A stretch of DNA of 64,000 nt from Chrysomallon squamiferum (taxonomy: Eukaryota > Animalia > Mollusca): NCBI GenBank assembly GCA_012295275.1, contig CM022668.1, positions 4,092,001 to 4,156,000 on the forward strand. Reading direction: 5' to 3'. Every line of letters begins with the position of its first letter. The stretch's first letter is position 1. The translations under genes were made by a program, and so were the position numbers. Below, piece by piece: positions 13,592 through 26,790 of this stretch. Under the pieces are notes generated by a model. The model ran no database searches, was not told the origin of the DNA, and worked only from the letters and a program-made list of their open reading frames with translations.

Positions 13592-13860
13592 CAGTAGCTC
13601 GGCCCACATGCCGGGCGGACAGCCCGTGGTTAGGGTCCGGGCAGGGAGGGTGAGTAGAGCTCACCCGTTTTTATCCTATCTGCCCCTCTGCCCAAGTCTG
13701 CCCCGCCCTAAGACAGCTTGTGAAGGTACCAGAACCAAGTTGAAACTTTAGTTTCTTGGCAGCATGTTCATATATGTGACATCGTGGGATCGAATCTTGG
13801 CGTACGGCGTTTTCGGAGGTTCTGTTTATCCCGTACGGATAACGTAAGCTTTGGGAGTAC
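13592..13860 (-). mobile_element. GC-rich structured interspersed element, possibly a tRNA-derived SINE (copy 1)
   Basis: GC island in AT-rich DNA. Minus-strand B-box-like GATTCGATCCC (13796-13786). Hairpins TTATCC-CGTAC-GGATAA (13826-13842) and GGGTGAG-TAGAG-CTCACCC (13648-13666). A-box weak; no target-site duplication found. Confidence 0.35.
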
Positions 13861-14487
13861 ATCTCACATAAAGGACATAAGTCTAATCAATGGTTGTGAA
13901 CACATATCACTAAAGGGAGATAACTTTAATCGATATAATTTTTACTTCGCGGTGAAAATTGTATACGTTATTTATCATGATGAGAGAAAGAGAGATTTGG
14001 GTTTCACTACGACTGTAAGTTTGTATGTTTTCATAAAAATTTCATTTCACTGTACAAATGTAGTATAAAAATTTCAAATACATGTAAATACTGTTTTTCA
14101 GCCTTTTCATACTGATATGTTATTTAAATTTCACAAATATAATGATTTCTAGAGCTTGGTATGTAACATCAATTCAACTGTTTAAAAGTTTAATTAAGTT
14201 TGTGTGTATGCGTGTGTCTGTGTGTTTCATCTAACTTCAAATTATATTTTTATTATTGATATTATTGTTAATATTGTTTTTGTAGTATATAATTATAATT
14301 ATTTTTATTTTTGTTGTTATTATTAATATTGCTGTTATAGCTATTGCTTTTGCTGTTGGTTAACTTTGCTTTAGGAAAAATGGTTAATTTTGTGTGGAGA
14401 AAAGAATGCGACTTAGAGAGAGAAAGACAGAGTGAGGGAAAGAGAGTGAGAGAAAGATGAGAAAGATACAAAGACAGACAGAGAGAG

Positions 14488-14492
<5 letters not shown>

Positions 14493-14584
<92 letters not shown>
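14493..14584. repeat. (AG)n microsatellite
   Basis: Direct reading; longer in copy 2 (~47889-48010). Confidence 0.95.
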
Positions 14585-14586
<2 letters not shown>

Positions 14587-14739
14587 CGAATCGCTATGGG
14601 ACCAAGTCCAGTTTTGAAGAATGGTCTGTTTACTTAAGGTGCAGTTCTGAGCTAAATAGTTTGTTTGTTAGACCTCTCTGTTCAAACACTAACTAATAAA
14701 ACTGGGAAACCAAATTAGTAACAAACAATACAACAACAA

Positions 14740-14774
<35 letters not shown>

Positions 14775-15004
14775 TAAAAGTAAAGAAAGAAAACCAAAAA
14801 AACAAACATTTAATGAGAAATCGTGACATGAAGCTATGAAAAGGAGCTCAGCCAGATTTAAAAGCTAATCTTTGTAACAAAACAGCTGAGAATAAACATG
14901 TTTCGTTCAGTTATTTAAACATTACAGCTATTAATCCCTCGATCGGTATTTGTCAACTGCAAAGCAATGACACAGAAGCATGCGCACATACGATTAGTTC
15001 TGAG

Positions 15005-16233
15005 TACGCAATCGCATTATCAGCTGACTCGGTACTGGTAATGCAGTAAAGATTCACGTAAACAGGACCCTCTGGTAAAATTTGCATTAGAGGAACACAT
15101 TGGAACGGGATAATTTCATCGGCTGCTGTTTGGAGGCATTTCTGATTTGTTTGGCAAATTTCACGGAATCGTGAGAGAATTCCGGTTTATCGGGTTCAGT
15201 TTTGGGAGGTTTCACTGTACACACGTTCATACACGTTACACGTGCACTGAAACTGATACTATAGAACATTCCATTTCTGTTGTGAATTTCCCAAAAATTA
15301 AAAATTAAATAATAATAATAAAAATTAAAAATTAAAAAAAAATAAATAAACAAATAAATAAATAAATAAATACAAAAACAGAAAACAACAAAAAATAATA
15401 AAAATGTAAAAATAATAATAATTAAAACAAAATAAAACCTAACAAAATTCAGTTAAAAAATCTTTAGTTTTGTATTCATTTACAGATAACAATAAACACT
15501 GCTGACAACTTTATTTATTTATTTATTTATTATTATTATTATCATTTTTTTAAAATATAAAACAGATTTTTTTTATAATGTGTTTTTAATGTTTGAAAAA
15601 CCATTGTTGCATTTAATGAAATCTTTATCAGCACGTGCTGAGCGAGTAAGATACACAGGTGTGTTTTTGATTTATTCAGGTGTTTTAGATGTTTCTGGTT
15701 GGCGGTTATTTAAGATAGAACAGGTAAGTGTATGTGTGTGTGGTGTGTGTGTGTACTTGTGCGTGTGTATGTGTGTGTACTTGTGTTTGTGTGTGTATGT
15801 GTACGTGTGTGTGTGTGTCAGTGTGTTAGCAGACTGTTATTGGACTTGTAGCTTTCTGATGCAGTACACTTTGTTTTATGTATATTTTTTATGAATCTTG
15901 CAGGTGAACGTGTTTTTCGCGATGAGCGTGAAACAGCTGACAAACGATATTTTATTATTTTTCTCTGTTAGACGTTTGTCACTGAAACTGATATTTTCTG
16001 ATGTCGAAGAACACGTTTTAATTTTTTATCTTGTTTTTATTTGTTATTATTAGTTATTTATTTATTATCTTGAGGTCTTATTTCTATAATATTATTACTA
16101 TTATTTTAATGCGTTTATTTATTACCATTTGCATTTTTTTAAACAAGTGAAAAATAGATACAATCGTATGTACGCACGTACGTACATACTTGCTTCCATG
16201 TATGGACGCATACATAGATAAATACACAACATT
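15005..16233 (+). repeat. Inverted repeat, right arm R1
   Basis: Reverse complement of 9676-10977, with a short (AAT) tract and small indels. Confidence 0.95.
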
Positions 16234-16495
16234 ATTATAAAAAATAAATAAATGGTTTATGAATGTTTTTCATTTAATTTGTTAGAATCTAGAGGAAATT
16301 AATTCAAATAAATGTATATCTATATCTAAACCAGAAGAAGAAAACCGATGATATTATTTGCTTCTTAAATCTAATTTTATCTAACAATGCGACATTTTAT
16401 ATTTTCTGTAGTGAGGTGACAGTTTGTGTATTAAAATCAGATAATGTAATATACATATAGTGAAATTAATTTTATGTAACAATATCTTATAGTAA

Positions 16496-16960
16496 CAGAA
16501 AGAGACAGAGTGACGAAGAAAAAATGACAGAGAGAGACAGAGATAGACGGAGAGAGAGAAAGAGAGACAGAGATAGACGGAGAGTGAGAAAGAGAGACAG
16601 AGAGAGAAAAGAGAGAGACAGAGACAGAGAGAGAGAATAAGAGACAGAGATAGACGAAGGAGAAAGAGAAACAGAGAGACAGACAGAGATAGAAAGAGAG
16701 AGAGACAGGAAGAAAGTCAGACAGAGAGAGAGAGACAGAGAAAGATACCGAGAAAATTAGAGAGAGAAAGAGAGAGAGGGACAGAGAGAGAGAGAGGGAC
16801 AGAGAGAGAGACAGAGAAAGAAAGACAGAGAGATAGACAGAGAGAATAACAGAGAGAATAACAGAGAGGGAGAAAGAGAGACAGAGAGAAAAAGAGAGAG
16901 AGACAGAGGGAGAGAGACAGGGAGAGAGTCAGAGAGAGAAAGAGAATGAGAGAAAGAGTG
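16496..16960 (+). repeat. Compound purine-rich (GA/GACA/GAAA) low-complexity tract
   Basis: Almost exclusively A/G with interspersed GAC; copy at ~49857-50268. Confidence 0.9.
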
Positions 16961-17279
16961 ATCTAAACCGAGAAAATTCTACGCGCTTATTTTAATTATT
17001 ATTTTCTGTATTCTTGGTGGTTTTTATTTTATTATATATTCATAATCTATTTGAACAAGTGCTAAAAAGTACAACAATTTGAATAATTTTATCGATGAAC
17101 TGAGCGATCATCTGCTAGAAACGCAGGAAAACATTTCAACATTCTTCCTGATCTGTAGTCAATCATCAAGGTGTGGTTGGAAGGTTCGTTGGTTAATTTA
17201 AAATTTTAAAGATTTTTTAAAAATTTCGAAACCAAACAGGTTCTTTCAGTTGTTTGAGTACTGGCTTCAGTGTGCTGAT

Positions 17280-17752
17280 CAGCATCCTCCCTCTGTTGTA
17301 TTATTGGCGCCCTGCAAACCGAGCTTCATCTATTTGCAATGCTCTTCATCAGTTCTTACAATTCTCCACGATTGTTAACGGAAACGATTTGGGTACAAAT
17401 GTCACGACACATGTTGGACCAATCACATATTGATTCGTTACCTCCACCAGTCAAATCTTGCATGTTCAATAAAATAAAATAAACGTTAATTCAAAAATTT
17501 GGCACAGAGAAAGATTGTAATGGACTTTTTTATTTAAATCTGTATAATGGAAAACAAAAACATTTCCGGCGCCAGTTTTGCAACGTAAAGTTGGCAGGAT
17601 TTCACCGTTTTTTTACTTCGAGCTGCCTTCATTTCTTCACCACAACGATAACCTGGTGCAGCGTTTTCTTCATCATCTACAAGGCCATTTCTTCGTAAAA
17701 ATTCAACTGCCTTCGTCTCGTCCCTGATCACGTCGTAAAACGCTTCAGTCAA
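17280..17752 (-). pseudogene. Decayed Merlin (IS1595/ISXO2-like) DDE transposase fragment, copy 1
   Basis: Minus-strand translation across frameshifts gives DETKAVEFLRRNGL..PGYRCGEEM / NGEILPTLRCK (zinc-ribbon remnant), then ESICDWSNMCRDIC, then LQIDEARFAGRQ*YNRGRML. The last two match my recollection of Merlin motifs DWxNxCREIC and V(Q/E)IDESxFxKRKYNRGR. Stops and frameshifts are present. Confidence 0.8.
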
Positions 17753-18772
17753 AATCTTAAGAGTTTTTTAGAAACAGAAAAGTAAATGAATAAGTGGCCT
17801 GGAAGTGATGTTCTTATAAATGTATCATAATCTTAAAAGTATTATAAACTTTACATGAAAGTTTGAATGTGGTAGAAAACTTTGATGAAAAATTCGGTAA
17901 AATCTACTGACTATTTTCAAAAAACAAACCGCTTTTAAAAAGCATTATCGGAAAGACAAATATTTTATCCTTAAGAAATAACAGAAATGAAGATTAAAGC
18001 AGCCACACATCGGCCCAATCTGAAAGTGACGTCACCAGACCATGGCCATTCTTTTTATAAAATATCGACTGAACCTCCAACTTACTATTTATGTGATTAA
18101 ATCTGGGTTGATGACATGGAAACCGGTTACGTATACATTGCCTGATTGTGCCGCTTTGCCTAATAAAATCATCAAAGTTAATTAGGCACATAACTTCTCG
18201 ACATAATGTTAGTTACAGGCTGTATACAGGAGGCCTTCAGCACAAAATCGGGGGAGGTTTTGAGCATTTATTTTCTCACGCCCTAAACGATAAATATCTA
18301 CGGTCACGAGACTTCAAGTTTCATTTTTGTTGTTGTGATCTAAAACTAGCAGTCATTTGTGATTCTTTATTTTTTGTATATACGTTTTTATTACATTTTT
18401 AAAAATTATTGATATTATTTTATTATATTTATTATTCATATTCTTCTTCTTATTTTTTTTTTTTTTCAAAGAGAAATGATGAACCCCTAAAAAAATAAAA
18501 TTTCCGGTTTTCTAATTTATCCCTTCTAAATGTATTTAATCATCTAGATCTTATGAATTTGTTTTATTTCGCAAACTAAGAGATACATGCATAAATACTA
18601 TTTCTACAGCCGGTAGAGGGAGGCCCAATGAGGGTTATTAACCTTAAAATGGAAATATTATAATACTGTTTGCACATGAATTACAAGACTGAAACAAGGT
18701 ATAAAATATAATAAAAGATTGTTAAAAATTCAGTCATATATTTTTGTAAATATATCACTTACAGCATTGATA

Positions 18773-18823
<51 letters not shown>
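18773..18823. repeat. (ATT)n microsatellite
   Basis: Direct reading; copy at ~52086-52147. Confidence 0.9.
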
Positions 18824-18824
<1 letters not shown>

Positions 18825-19239
18825 TTATTATTTGTATCATTATTATTTTAATTTTAATTTTAATTAAATGAATGAATGAATTAATTTATTTTATTTATTA
18901 CTTGTTTTTGGCAGACGCGAATGGTAATTTTGTTAACAGTAACACAAAGAGGAAAACAGATTATAATCAGAACCGAACAGTGATTTCGGGCAGGAACATT
19001 TATTTTTAAAAACGTCAGTTAAATAAGAAAATAGAAGGCATACGGCTTAATAAAAACATGATTCATGTATTTTTTAAAATTTGTTCTTTGCACATATACA
19101 TATACACCGATATATAAGATTGTTTTTAATGAATCAAGTAGGCTCTCATACATCATTTTTTTTATTTTTTATTTGTTCTTTGCATTCACGGAAACATACG
19201 ATGATCTCCGATTGTTCATTCCTAATGATCTCAATATGT

Positions 19240-19242
<3 letters not shown>

Positions 19243-19313
<71 letters not shown>

Positions 19314-19317
19314 TTTT
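19243..19317. repeat. (CT)n followed by poly(T)
   Basis: Direct reading; copy at ~52563-52654. Confidence 0.9.
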
Positions 19318-20267
19318 CAAATAGGGTGATTTAACATGATGGCTGTGTGTCTCTGTCTGTCTGTGTGTGTGTGTGTCTGGTTTCAACTGGCGAGGTGTCT
19401 CATGAGACAGATTCTTGTGGAGTCTTTATTCACTATGAGTTTTCGGACCCAGACTGGAAATAGTCATGAGAATTTTCTCATAACAGTAGACTTTTCACAA
19501 AGTGTATAGAATAAACAATATTACCATTACTGTATCATCTATCTGTCCTTCTGTCCAGTCCTCCATGTACAAATCTTCTGTCCGTCTATCAGTTCATACA
19601 AACATCTAATCCAACCACCTATCTATCCATATATACATGTATAGTTCTTCTCTCTTCAAGCGATTCCATTATACATCCATCCATCATACATTCATCATCT
19701 CATCAATTTTTCTATTTATCTATCCACTCACGGATGTCTCTGCTCAGCTATCTACACATCCTTCCTGCAGTCTGTTTCTCTGTAATCTCTTTAAAATAAC
19801 ATTCTTTGTCTTTCTGACCGTCCCATGCCTATTTGACTGTCTAAAATCAACATACACACACCAAACACAAGCAAACACACAAACATACGCACACACCAAA
19901 TGCACACACACACATACACAAATACACACACACACACACACATACACATGAGGTGCACAGATACTAAGGAAGTTTATTTATCTACATCAGACTTTATACT
20001 GAGAAGTGTAGAAAGCGCTCCGCTCAAGTGATGATATTTTATGAGCTATGCAACAGATTTTTCTGCTAACTAGAGGTGCAACGATGTTGTCAGCCATTTG
20101 TTTTGATAAAAGAAAATAAAAAAGTGATACAAATAATCAATATGTGTTTTATTACTTTGCTGGCTTAGAAAACTTTACGCTGAATAATAATAAGCTAAAG
20201 ATTGTATTTTGAAACGAATTTACGAAGGAGTCAAGTCATACGGATTTTAGAAGGATTTTAGAATATA

Positions 20268-20340
20268 TGTGTGTGTGTGTGTGGTTGTGTGTGTGTGTGT
20301 GTGTGTGTGTTTGTGTGTGTGTCTGTGTATTTGTCTGTGT
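20268..20340. repeat. (GT)n microsatellite
   Basis: Direct reading; copy at ~53607-53682. Confidence 0.9.
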
Positions 20341-20501
20341 TACTAGGGTCAGGGGAGTATTCATTGTCTGCGGTAGTGAGCTGAAAATTCAAAAAATATT
20401 TCAATTCTCAGGTCGTTGTATGTACTGAAATATGTATCTGAAAAAATCGTTTTAAAGAAAGTTTATTAAAATTAGCATTTAATAATAATAATAATAATAA
20501 C

Positions 20502-20534
<33 letters not shown>

Positions 20535-23500
20535 TTAAGAAAGAAAAAAAAAAGAAAGAAAGAAACTAAAATGAATAATAGAACAAACAAGTTTTATTGT
20601 ATTTTTGATATGCCCGATGATCAATATATTTTATATTATGTTTATTTACTGTAATGCAAAATATTACCAAGAACGGCTATTCACATTTTTTTTATAAAAA
20701 AAGTTCTTTCTTTTTTTTATTTTGTTATTTATTTATTTATTTATTATTTATTATTATTAATTATTTATGTATTTATTTATTTTTAGTTTGTTTATGAAGC
20801 TAAAAAATTATAAAAAAAGAAAAAATACAAATATATGTATTGTAGTGAAAATTAGTACTTCAAACTGATAAGATAGTTTTACCATGTAGTCAATTTAAAA
20901 AAAAAGTCAATTTGTTATTTTATTTATTTATTTTTTTAAATACGTTGAAAACTTTGAAAACATTCATAACTGTAGGTAAGTACACTTTGCCATTAATTAC
21001 AATTACAATTCCTAAAAAATATCATATTTAATTCTTTATAATTCAGAAAGATTGTTTGGCATATTATATTATTATTTTAGAACTTTTCTCTTTTCAGTAT
21101 TAACATCATTTTTTTTTTCAATGTTAGAAGACGGACAGGAGTTTTTTAATTTAGAAATATTGTCTAAATTTCAATAAATTGGCCAATGTGTATATTGATA
21201 TTTTATCTTCAGCTTTTCAAAATTTTAGTTTAAACTAAGTAATTACTGAGTTTAGAAAAACTGTATCCTAAAATATCAATTCATCATCCAAAATATTTGT
21301 ATAGTGTAATTATAATCTAGTTTTGGACTTAGTGGTGTGCAGTATAACTCTGGTTTAAACTTGAATGAAGTCAGTAATATTTAAAAAAACGATTTTTACC
21401 ATACAATTAATATTTTCATAATATATTTTAAAGATGGAGAAAATGCTTTTAATTTATTTATATTTTAATTTTAGAATTATTTGTCGTAATATCTTAATAA
21501 TAAGTTATACTTACAATGAGAATATTTTTCTTTTGCTAGTTATTTTATGGATTGAAGACAATTATTTGATAGCCGTCAACAAAAAAGAATGCATTTAGGC
21601 AGAAAATGCCAGAAATGAAATGTGGTAGAAAAAGGACATTATCAAAACTTGTGACTTGAGATTCATTGATTCATTTCTGTATGGTCTCTGTAGGTGAATA
21701 AATATATTTTTTGTTATAATATTAGTATTGTTACATTAGTTACGATGTACCAGCTTTACTTCTTGTTTACTATTTTTTTTGAGACCTCAGATTCCCACTT
21801 GAATTGTCTTAGATGAATATGTGTAGTCATGTTTTTAATTCTGTTCATGGTTTTTAGTCTCTGGAAATACTAAAAATATTTGTCCTATTTCGTCCTTTTA
21901 TATTATTTTATTTTATTTTATTTTTTGACATGATGTATTCAGTTTATCCTACATAAAGTTACATTTTTTCACCAATGCACTAGTCACAAGAATATCTTTT
22001 CATGTGTGTTTTCATGTTGCTTAATTTTAGTACAGTATAATAATAATTATTGATCTAATAGAAGACTGTCAGTTAATGTACAGCTGACATGTTACTAAAG
22101 ACAAGTTTGTAAATCTGTGCAAGTTCTCACTTAAACAGTCAGTATTTGTTTTACTCAAGTACAACTGCTCAGTTGTTATTAATCAAAGGTCTTGGTTTTT
22201 GCTGTTCTGATTACAGTAAAATGTCCTAGCAGACAAGTTACAACTATTAATATCAAACAAGCAAAGACGCGCACATAGACGTGAATACTAAAAGAATACT
22301 AAAAAAAGTCTTTAAAGAGAAAAATCCTTTAATTAAAACAATTTTGAAAATTAAGAATATTAAATATAGTTAAAACATAAACTGCTTTTTATCTTAATTT
22401 ACTTACCATACCTGAAAAATACTATTTAAAGAGTATAGATATTTTTAACTGGATACTATTTTATGTATTTATTTTTATTGGACTGCAGTGTTTGTCTTAT
22501 ATATAACAAACATGTAGTAAGTACAGTGGTATATTAATAATAACAACTCCCAATTTACAGAAACAGAAACACAGAGTTAATATGAATTAAAATAGTTTTA
22601 AAATAATGGACTTCATAGCCATTGTCTTACACATTTGCTAATTACTGTATTAAAAGTTCACATACTTGTTATACATGTTGTTTTAACCACAAATCTCTTA
22701 ACATTTTATTTATTTTTAGTTATGCTTTTAAATCTATGATCATTTTTTAAATTATATGTTTAAATTAAAATTAAAAATATTGTAAAATGCTTAAAATTTG
22801 TGCTGTTCCATATGGAAAACATTAGTACAAAAATACCTTTTCAGTTATAACATTTAATTCCTTTTTAAATTATTAACTTTGAATGATTCAAAAATAAAAA
22901 TACTTTATTTTATATTTATTTCCAAAAACATGAATGGATATTATTTAGTTTTATTATTTTAAATTTAAAAAAAAAAAGTTCTCTTTTAATTTTAACTTTA
23001 TATCACCTGACTATTTGTGTATGCTCTGTGTCAGAATACAGACTGATCTAAGGGTTCCTTGTCCTGGATGATAGCCAGTGGGTAGTCAGTTATTTGAAAT
23101 TTAGTTTAGACACCTCTATTGCATTTAATATTTTTGAGGGGTCTTGCATAGGAATTATTTTCCTTTAATACCCATATTATTTTTATCTAACTGACCTAAA
23201 TCTTTCAGAATGTTTTTATTGTAAAAATCCTGAGATTTTTTTTTTCAGTTATTGTATTTGCTGATAAATGGTCACAGTTTTAACCTGTATGATACATTGA
23301 ATTACAACAGGTTGTGTTTATTATTGGTTAAGTGTTTGCTATTAGATGATGAAAGCCTGTTTCATTGGAGGGGATGTTAAATTGATTTTATGTAATTATA
23401 AAAATGAACTTTTCATGGGATTTAAACTTGGTAGTAGACACAGATGGGACAAACAGTTTCAGAATCTTATAAAAGTTTATATTGATCAACAGCCCATTTC

Positions 23501-24254
23501 TCATGTGTACAGATGTATTATAAACATAGATAAAATAATTTATGTCCTGTTTCAAAATTTTTATTTTATTCAGTTGAAACATGTTGGACCATCATCCAGA
23601 TATTTTATATTGTCTGTGGGATTTTGCTCACCTCAATCTGCCATACAAACAACATTTAAATGTAACACTTAAAAAAAAAAAAAAAAAAATAAAAAAATAA
23701 ACTAAATAAAAATAAATAAATGAGATATTTAAAGAAATAAAACATTTCACCATTAGCTCAGAAATAATAATAATATGGAGAACTTCAGAATTATATACAA
23801 GTCTTTAAAAAAGCAACTTTGAATGAAATTAATGTTTTCTTGTATGATGATCAAACTGTTTGGTAGTTTTATTTTTACTAGTTAACAGCAAAGGATATTT
23901 TACATGCATCACACAAGAGTGATGTGTGATCAGTCTTGTTTCTCTCATTTCCTCTTTCTAATTTCACTGTGAATACTGATGATTTTTTATTTTATATTTA
24001 AAATATTTCAAATGTTATTTTATTTTATTTTATTTATTTTTCTATAAACATTATTTTATTTATTAATTTAATTTTTCATCAGATATTTACTTGTCTATTT
24101 TAATTCTGTGTCCTGGGATTTCAGTTAAGGGCCCCTATTGTTTTCCCAGAACATAGTTTGAAATAGTTTGCTTAAGATCCCTAAATAATAATCCAAATTT
24201 ATCTGCTGTAAACTGTTTAGCTTTCTTATTTATAATTTTTGGCATCATATTTAC

Positions 24255-24480
24255 ATGGCAGATTTGTAGAATAAATGAAGGTATCTTTGTGTTGCACATT
24301 TGTAGAATATTCAGATATCTTCACATTTGTCTGGCATGTTTACGTAATAATTCTGATATCTTCATGTTTGTATGGCAGATTGGTGCCATGATTCAAGATG
24401 TCTTCTGCTTTTATGTCAGATTTGTAGAATAATTCTGATATCTTTCTGTTTGTAGAGCAGATTTGTAGAATATTTTTAAT
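24255..24480 (+). repeat. Degenerate ~41-bp tandem repeat
   Basis: Recurrent GCAGATTTGTAGAATAATTCTGATATCTT units (CAGATTTGTAGAAT at 24417 and 24458); copy at ~57600-57820. Confidence 0.7.
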
Positions 24481-26066
24481 CATAAAGATTATAATATCCC
24501 ATTGAGTAAAATAATAAAATATCTGACGTGAGAGATACCTACTGGATTTCAGAATTTCTAGCACCAAACATCAGAAATAACCAGTTTAATCACGGCAAAA
24601 CACTGGTCATAGCCAAACATAGGAATAACCAATTCAGTTGCAGATCCAGAAATAAAATAACGGTTAGTGGTGGCTGGATTGGGAGTCCAGTTGTTTCCCA
24701 AAGCTGCACATATTTTGCCAAGGTTGTGATTTAAAGAAAAAATTTAAACATTTTCTCTTTCTAATGAATGCTGAGAATGTTAGATCAGTTAGACTGTCAC
24801 AAACACTTTAGGTGATGTGTATGCATCAATAATCGGTAGTAAAATCAGTATGTTAATGTGATTTATCTGGTAAAAGTAATAAAAGAAGAATAAAAGAGAA
24901 TGGGAAGTACAGGTGTTTCATTACTTAGTCAAACAGTAAGGACTCGGACAGCATGTGGTGTGGTGCAAAGCCATAAAACTGTTAAAATCTGCTTTTGCTT
25001 ACTTCAGAGTGAACTGCTTTTGTGTTTAAGCTCATATGTCACAACATCTAAACAGTTTTGAATGGAGTTACCTATAAGCACTCTGGTGGTTCTTTCCTAA
25101 TAGCACGTATCCAGCATATCTTCATGTTTTACTGGTTTCAATGCATGTGTCATATCCAAGAAATGCAGGCAGATGGATACCATTTCTCGCCTGAAATATC
25201 ACAGGCTTCTTTTCATTGTACTTTCAGCTATGAAGAGTTCATTATGCACCAGTTTCCAGCAGTTGTAATTAAAATACAACCCATTTCAGTTGGAAAAAAT
25301 GATGTATATACATTGTTTTGTGTTGTACATTGGCAACACTGTTATGGTTAAGATGAAATTATTAAATGTCACAGATACAAATATCTTACAGGTGTCTGTG
25401 ATATCATGTTTAATGTATTTTGAGTGACTTAGTAAAATTTGTAAAATTCAATCATTATATTTGGAATGAAAATTAAACAAGAAAAAAAAAGAAAATAAGA
25501 AAAAGAAGTAAATTCACCTCCACTGGATCAGCAACTGTAGTTTATTCTATTTTATTAAAAGTTGTAGTGGTGTCAAACTGTATAATAACCAATTTTAAGT
25601 GTTTAGCTTACCTCGCTCTATGTCATTTCTGCCTATGTCAAATACATCTTTTGATTCATGTTGTCAAAAATTAAACTGTTTAACATTTGTAAACTTTACT
25701 TTTTTTCTTCAGCACTGGCAACAGTTGTGCCTTTTTTTCTCCACAGTGCAGGCTCAAATCACATTAGAGTGAGAACGAAAGAAGAAAACATTGACCAAAA
25801 AAAATGGACTGATCATTAATTATATTGTAATAGTACTTACAAACGTTTATTACAGTATATGGTTATTTGAATATAAATGGAGCAAAAGTTTAAGATAATA
25901 TAAGAAGTGACTTTTGAAAAGCAGTCTTTAGATAACCTGGTTCAATGTGTAACTTTATGAAGCAAAGAGGAGACTGTTTCAGAAGTCTTCTTCAGAGTAT
26001 TACAGGTTTCACTAGGTTTTCCTGAAGGTTTTGTCAGACCTTCCAGTGGCAATTTCAATCACTGTG

Positions 26067-26790
26067 TTACCCATATTTATTGCTGTCAGCTACACACTAC
26101 CTGTCTGCTGTTATAGTAGTGGAAATACTCTAAGGATACCCATATTTATTGTTGTTACATCTCTGCTGTTGTTGTAGTGGTAAAACACAAGGGATACCCA
26201 TATTTACTGTTGTCTGATATTGACTACGTGTCTGCTGTTGTTGTAGTGGTAAAACACTAGGCATACCCATATTTGTTGGTGTTGTCACACATCGAGCGGT
26301 AAAAACACAAGCCATGTCTGCTGTTGTTGTAGTGGTAAACAGTACTATACCCATATTTATTGTTGTCAGACATACACATCACATCTACTTTTGTTTTAGT
26401 GTTAAAACATTAGCCATATAAAAATGTATTATTGTCAAACATCAAATACATGTCTGCTGTTGTTGTAGTAGTAAAACAGTACCAAATCCCATATTTATTA
26501 TAATCGGACATCGACTACATGTCTGCTGTTGTTGTAGTGGAAAAAAAGACTATGCATACTGTTGTTTGTAGTGGTAAAAGACTATGCATACCGATAATTA
26601 TTGTTGTCAAACATCGACTTCATAGCTGCTGTTATTGCAGTGGTAAAACCCTAACCATAACCATATTTATTGTTGTCAGACATCGATTACGTGTGTTGTG
26701 TTGTTGTGATACAAAAGCACTAGGTATATCCATATTTATTGTTGTAAGACGTCCATTACATATCTGCTGTTGTTGCAGTGGTAAAACCCA
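26067..26790 (+). repeat. ~69-bp minisatellite array abutting the satellite (copy 1)
   Basis: Unit resembles TACCCATATTTATTGTTGTCAGACATCGACTACATGTCTGCTGTTGTTGTAGTGGTAAAACACTAGG; CATATTT recurs at 26072, 26141, 26199, 26268. Confidence 0.9.

Noticed and set aside
13592-13720. HDV-like ribozyme in the GC-rich island
   Set aside because: I could not build the nested double-pseudoknot pairing by eye on either strand.
25245-25262. Minus-strand LLETGA resembling a retropepsin LLDTGA motif
   Set aside because: Only six residues, lacks the catalytic Asp, is followed by stops, and I found no RT or integrase motifs nearby.
26067-26790. CRISPR-like appearance of the 69-bp array
   Set aside because: Whole units are homologous, with no unique spacers and no cas genes; the context is eukaryotic.
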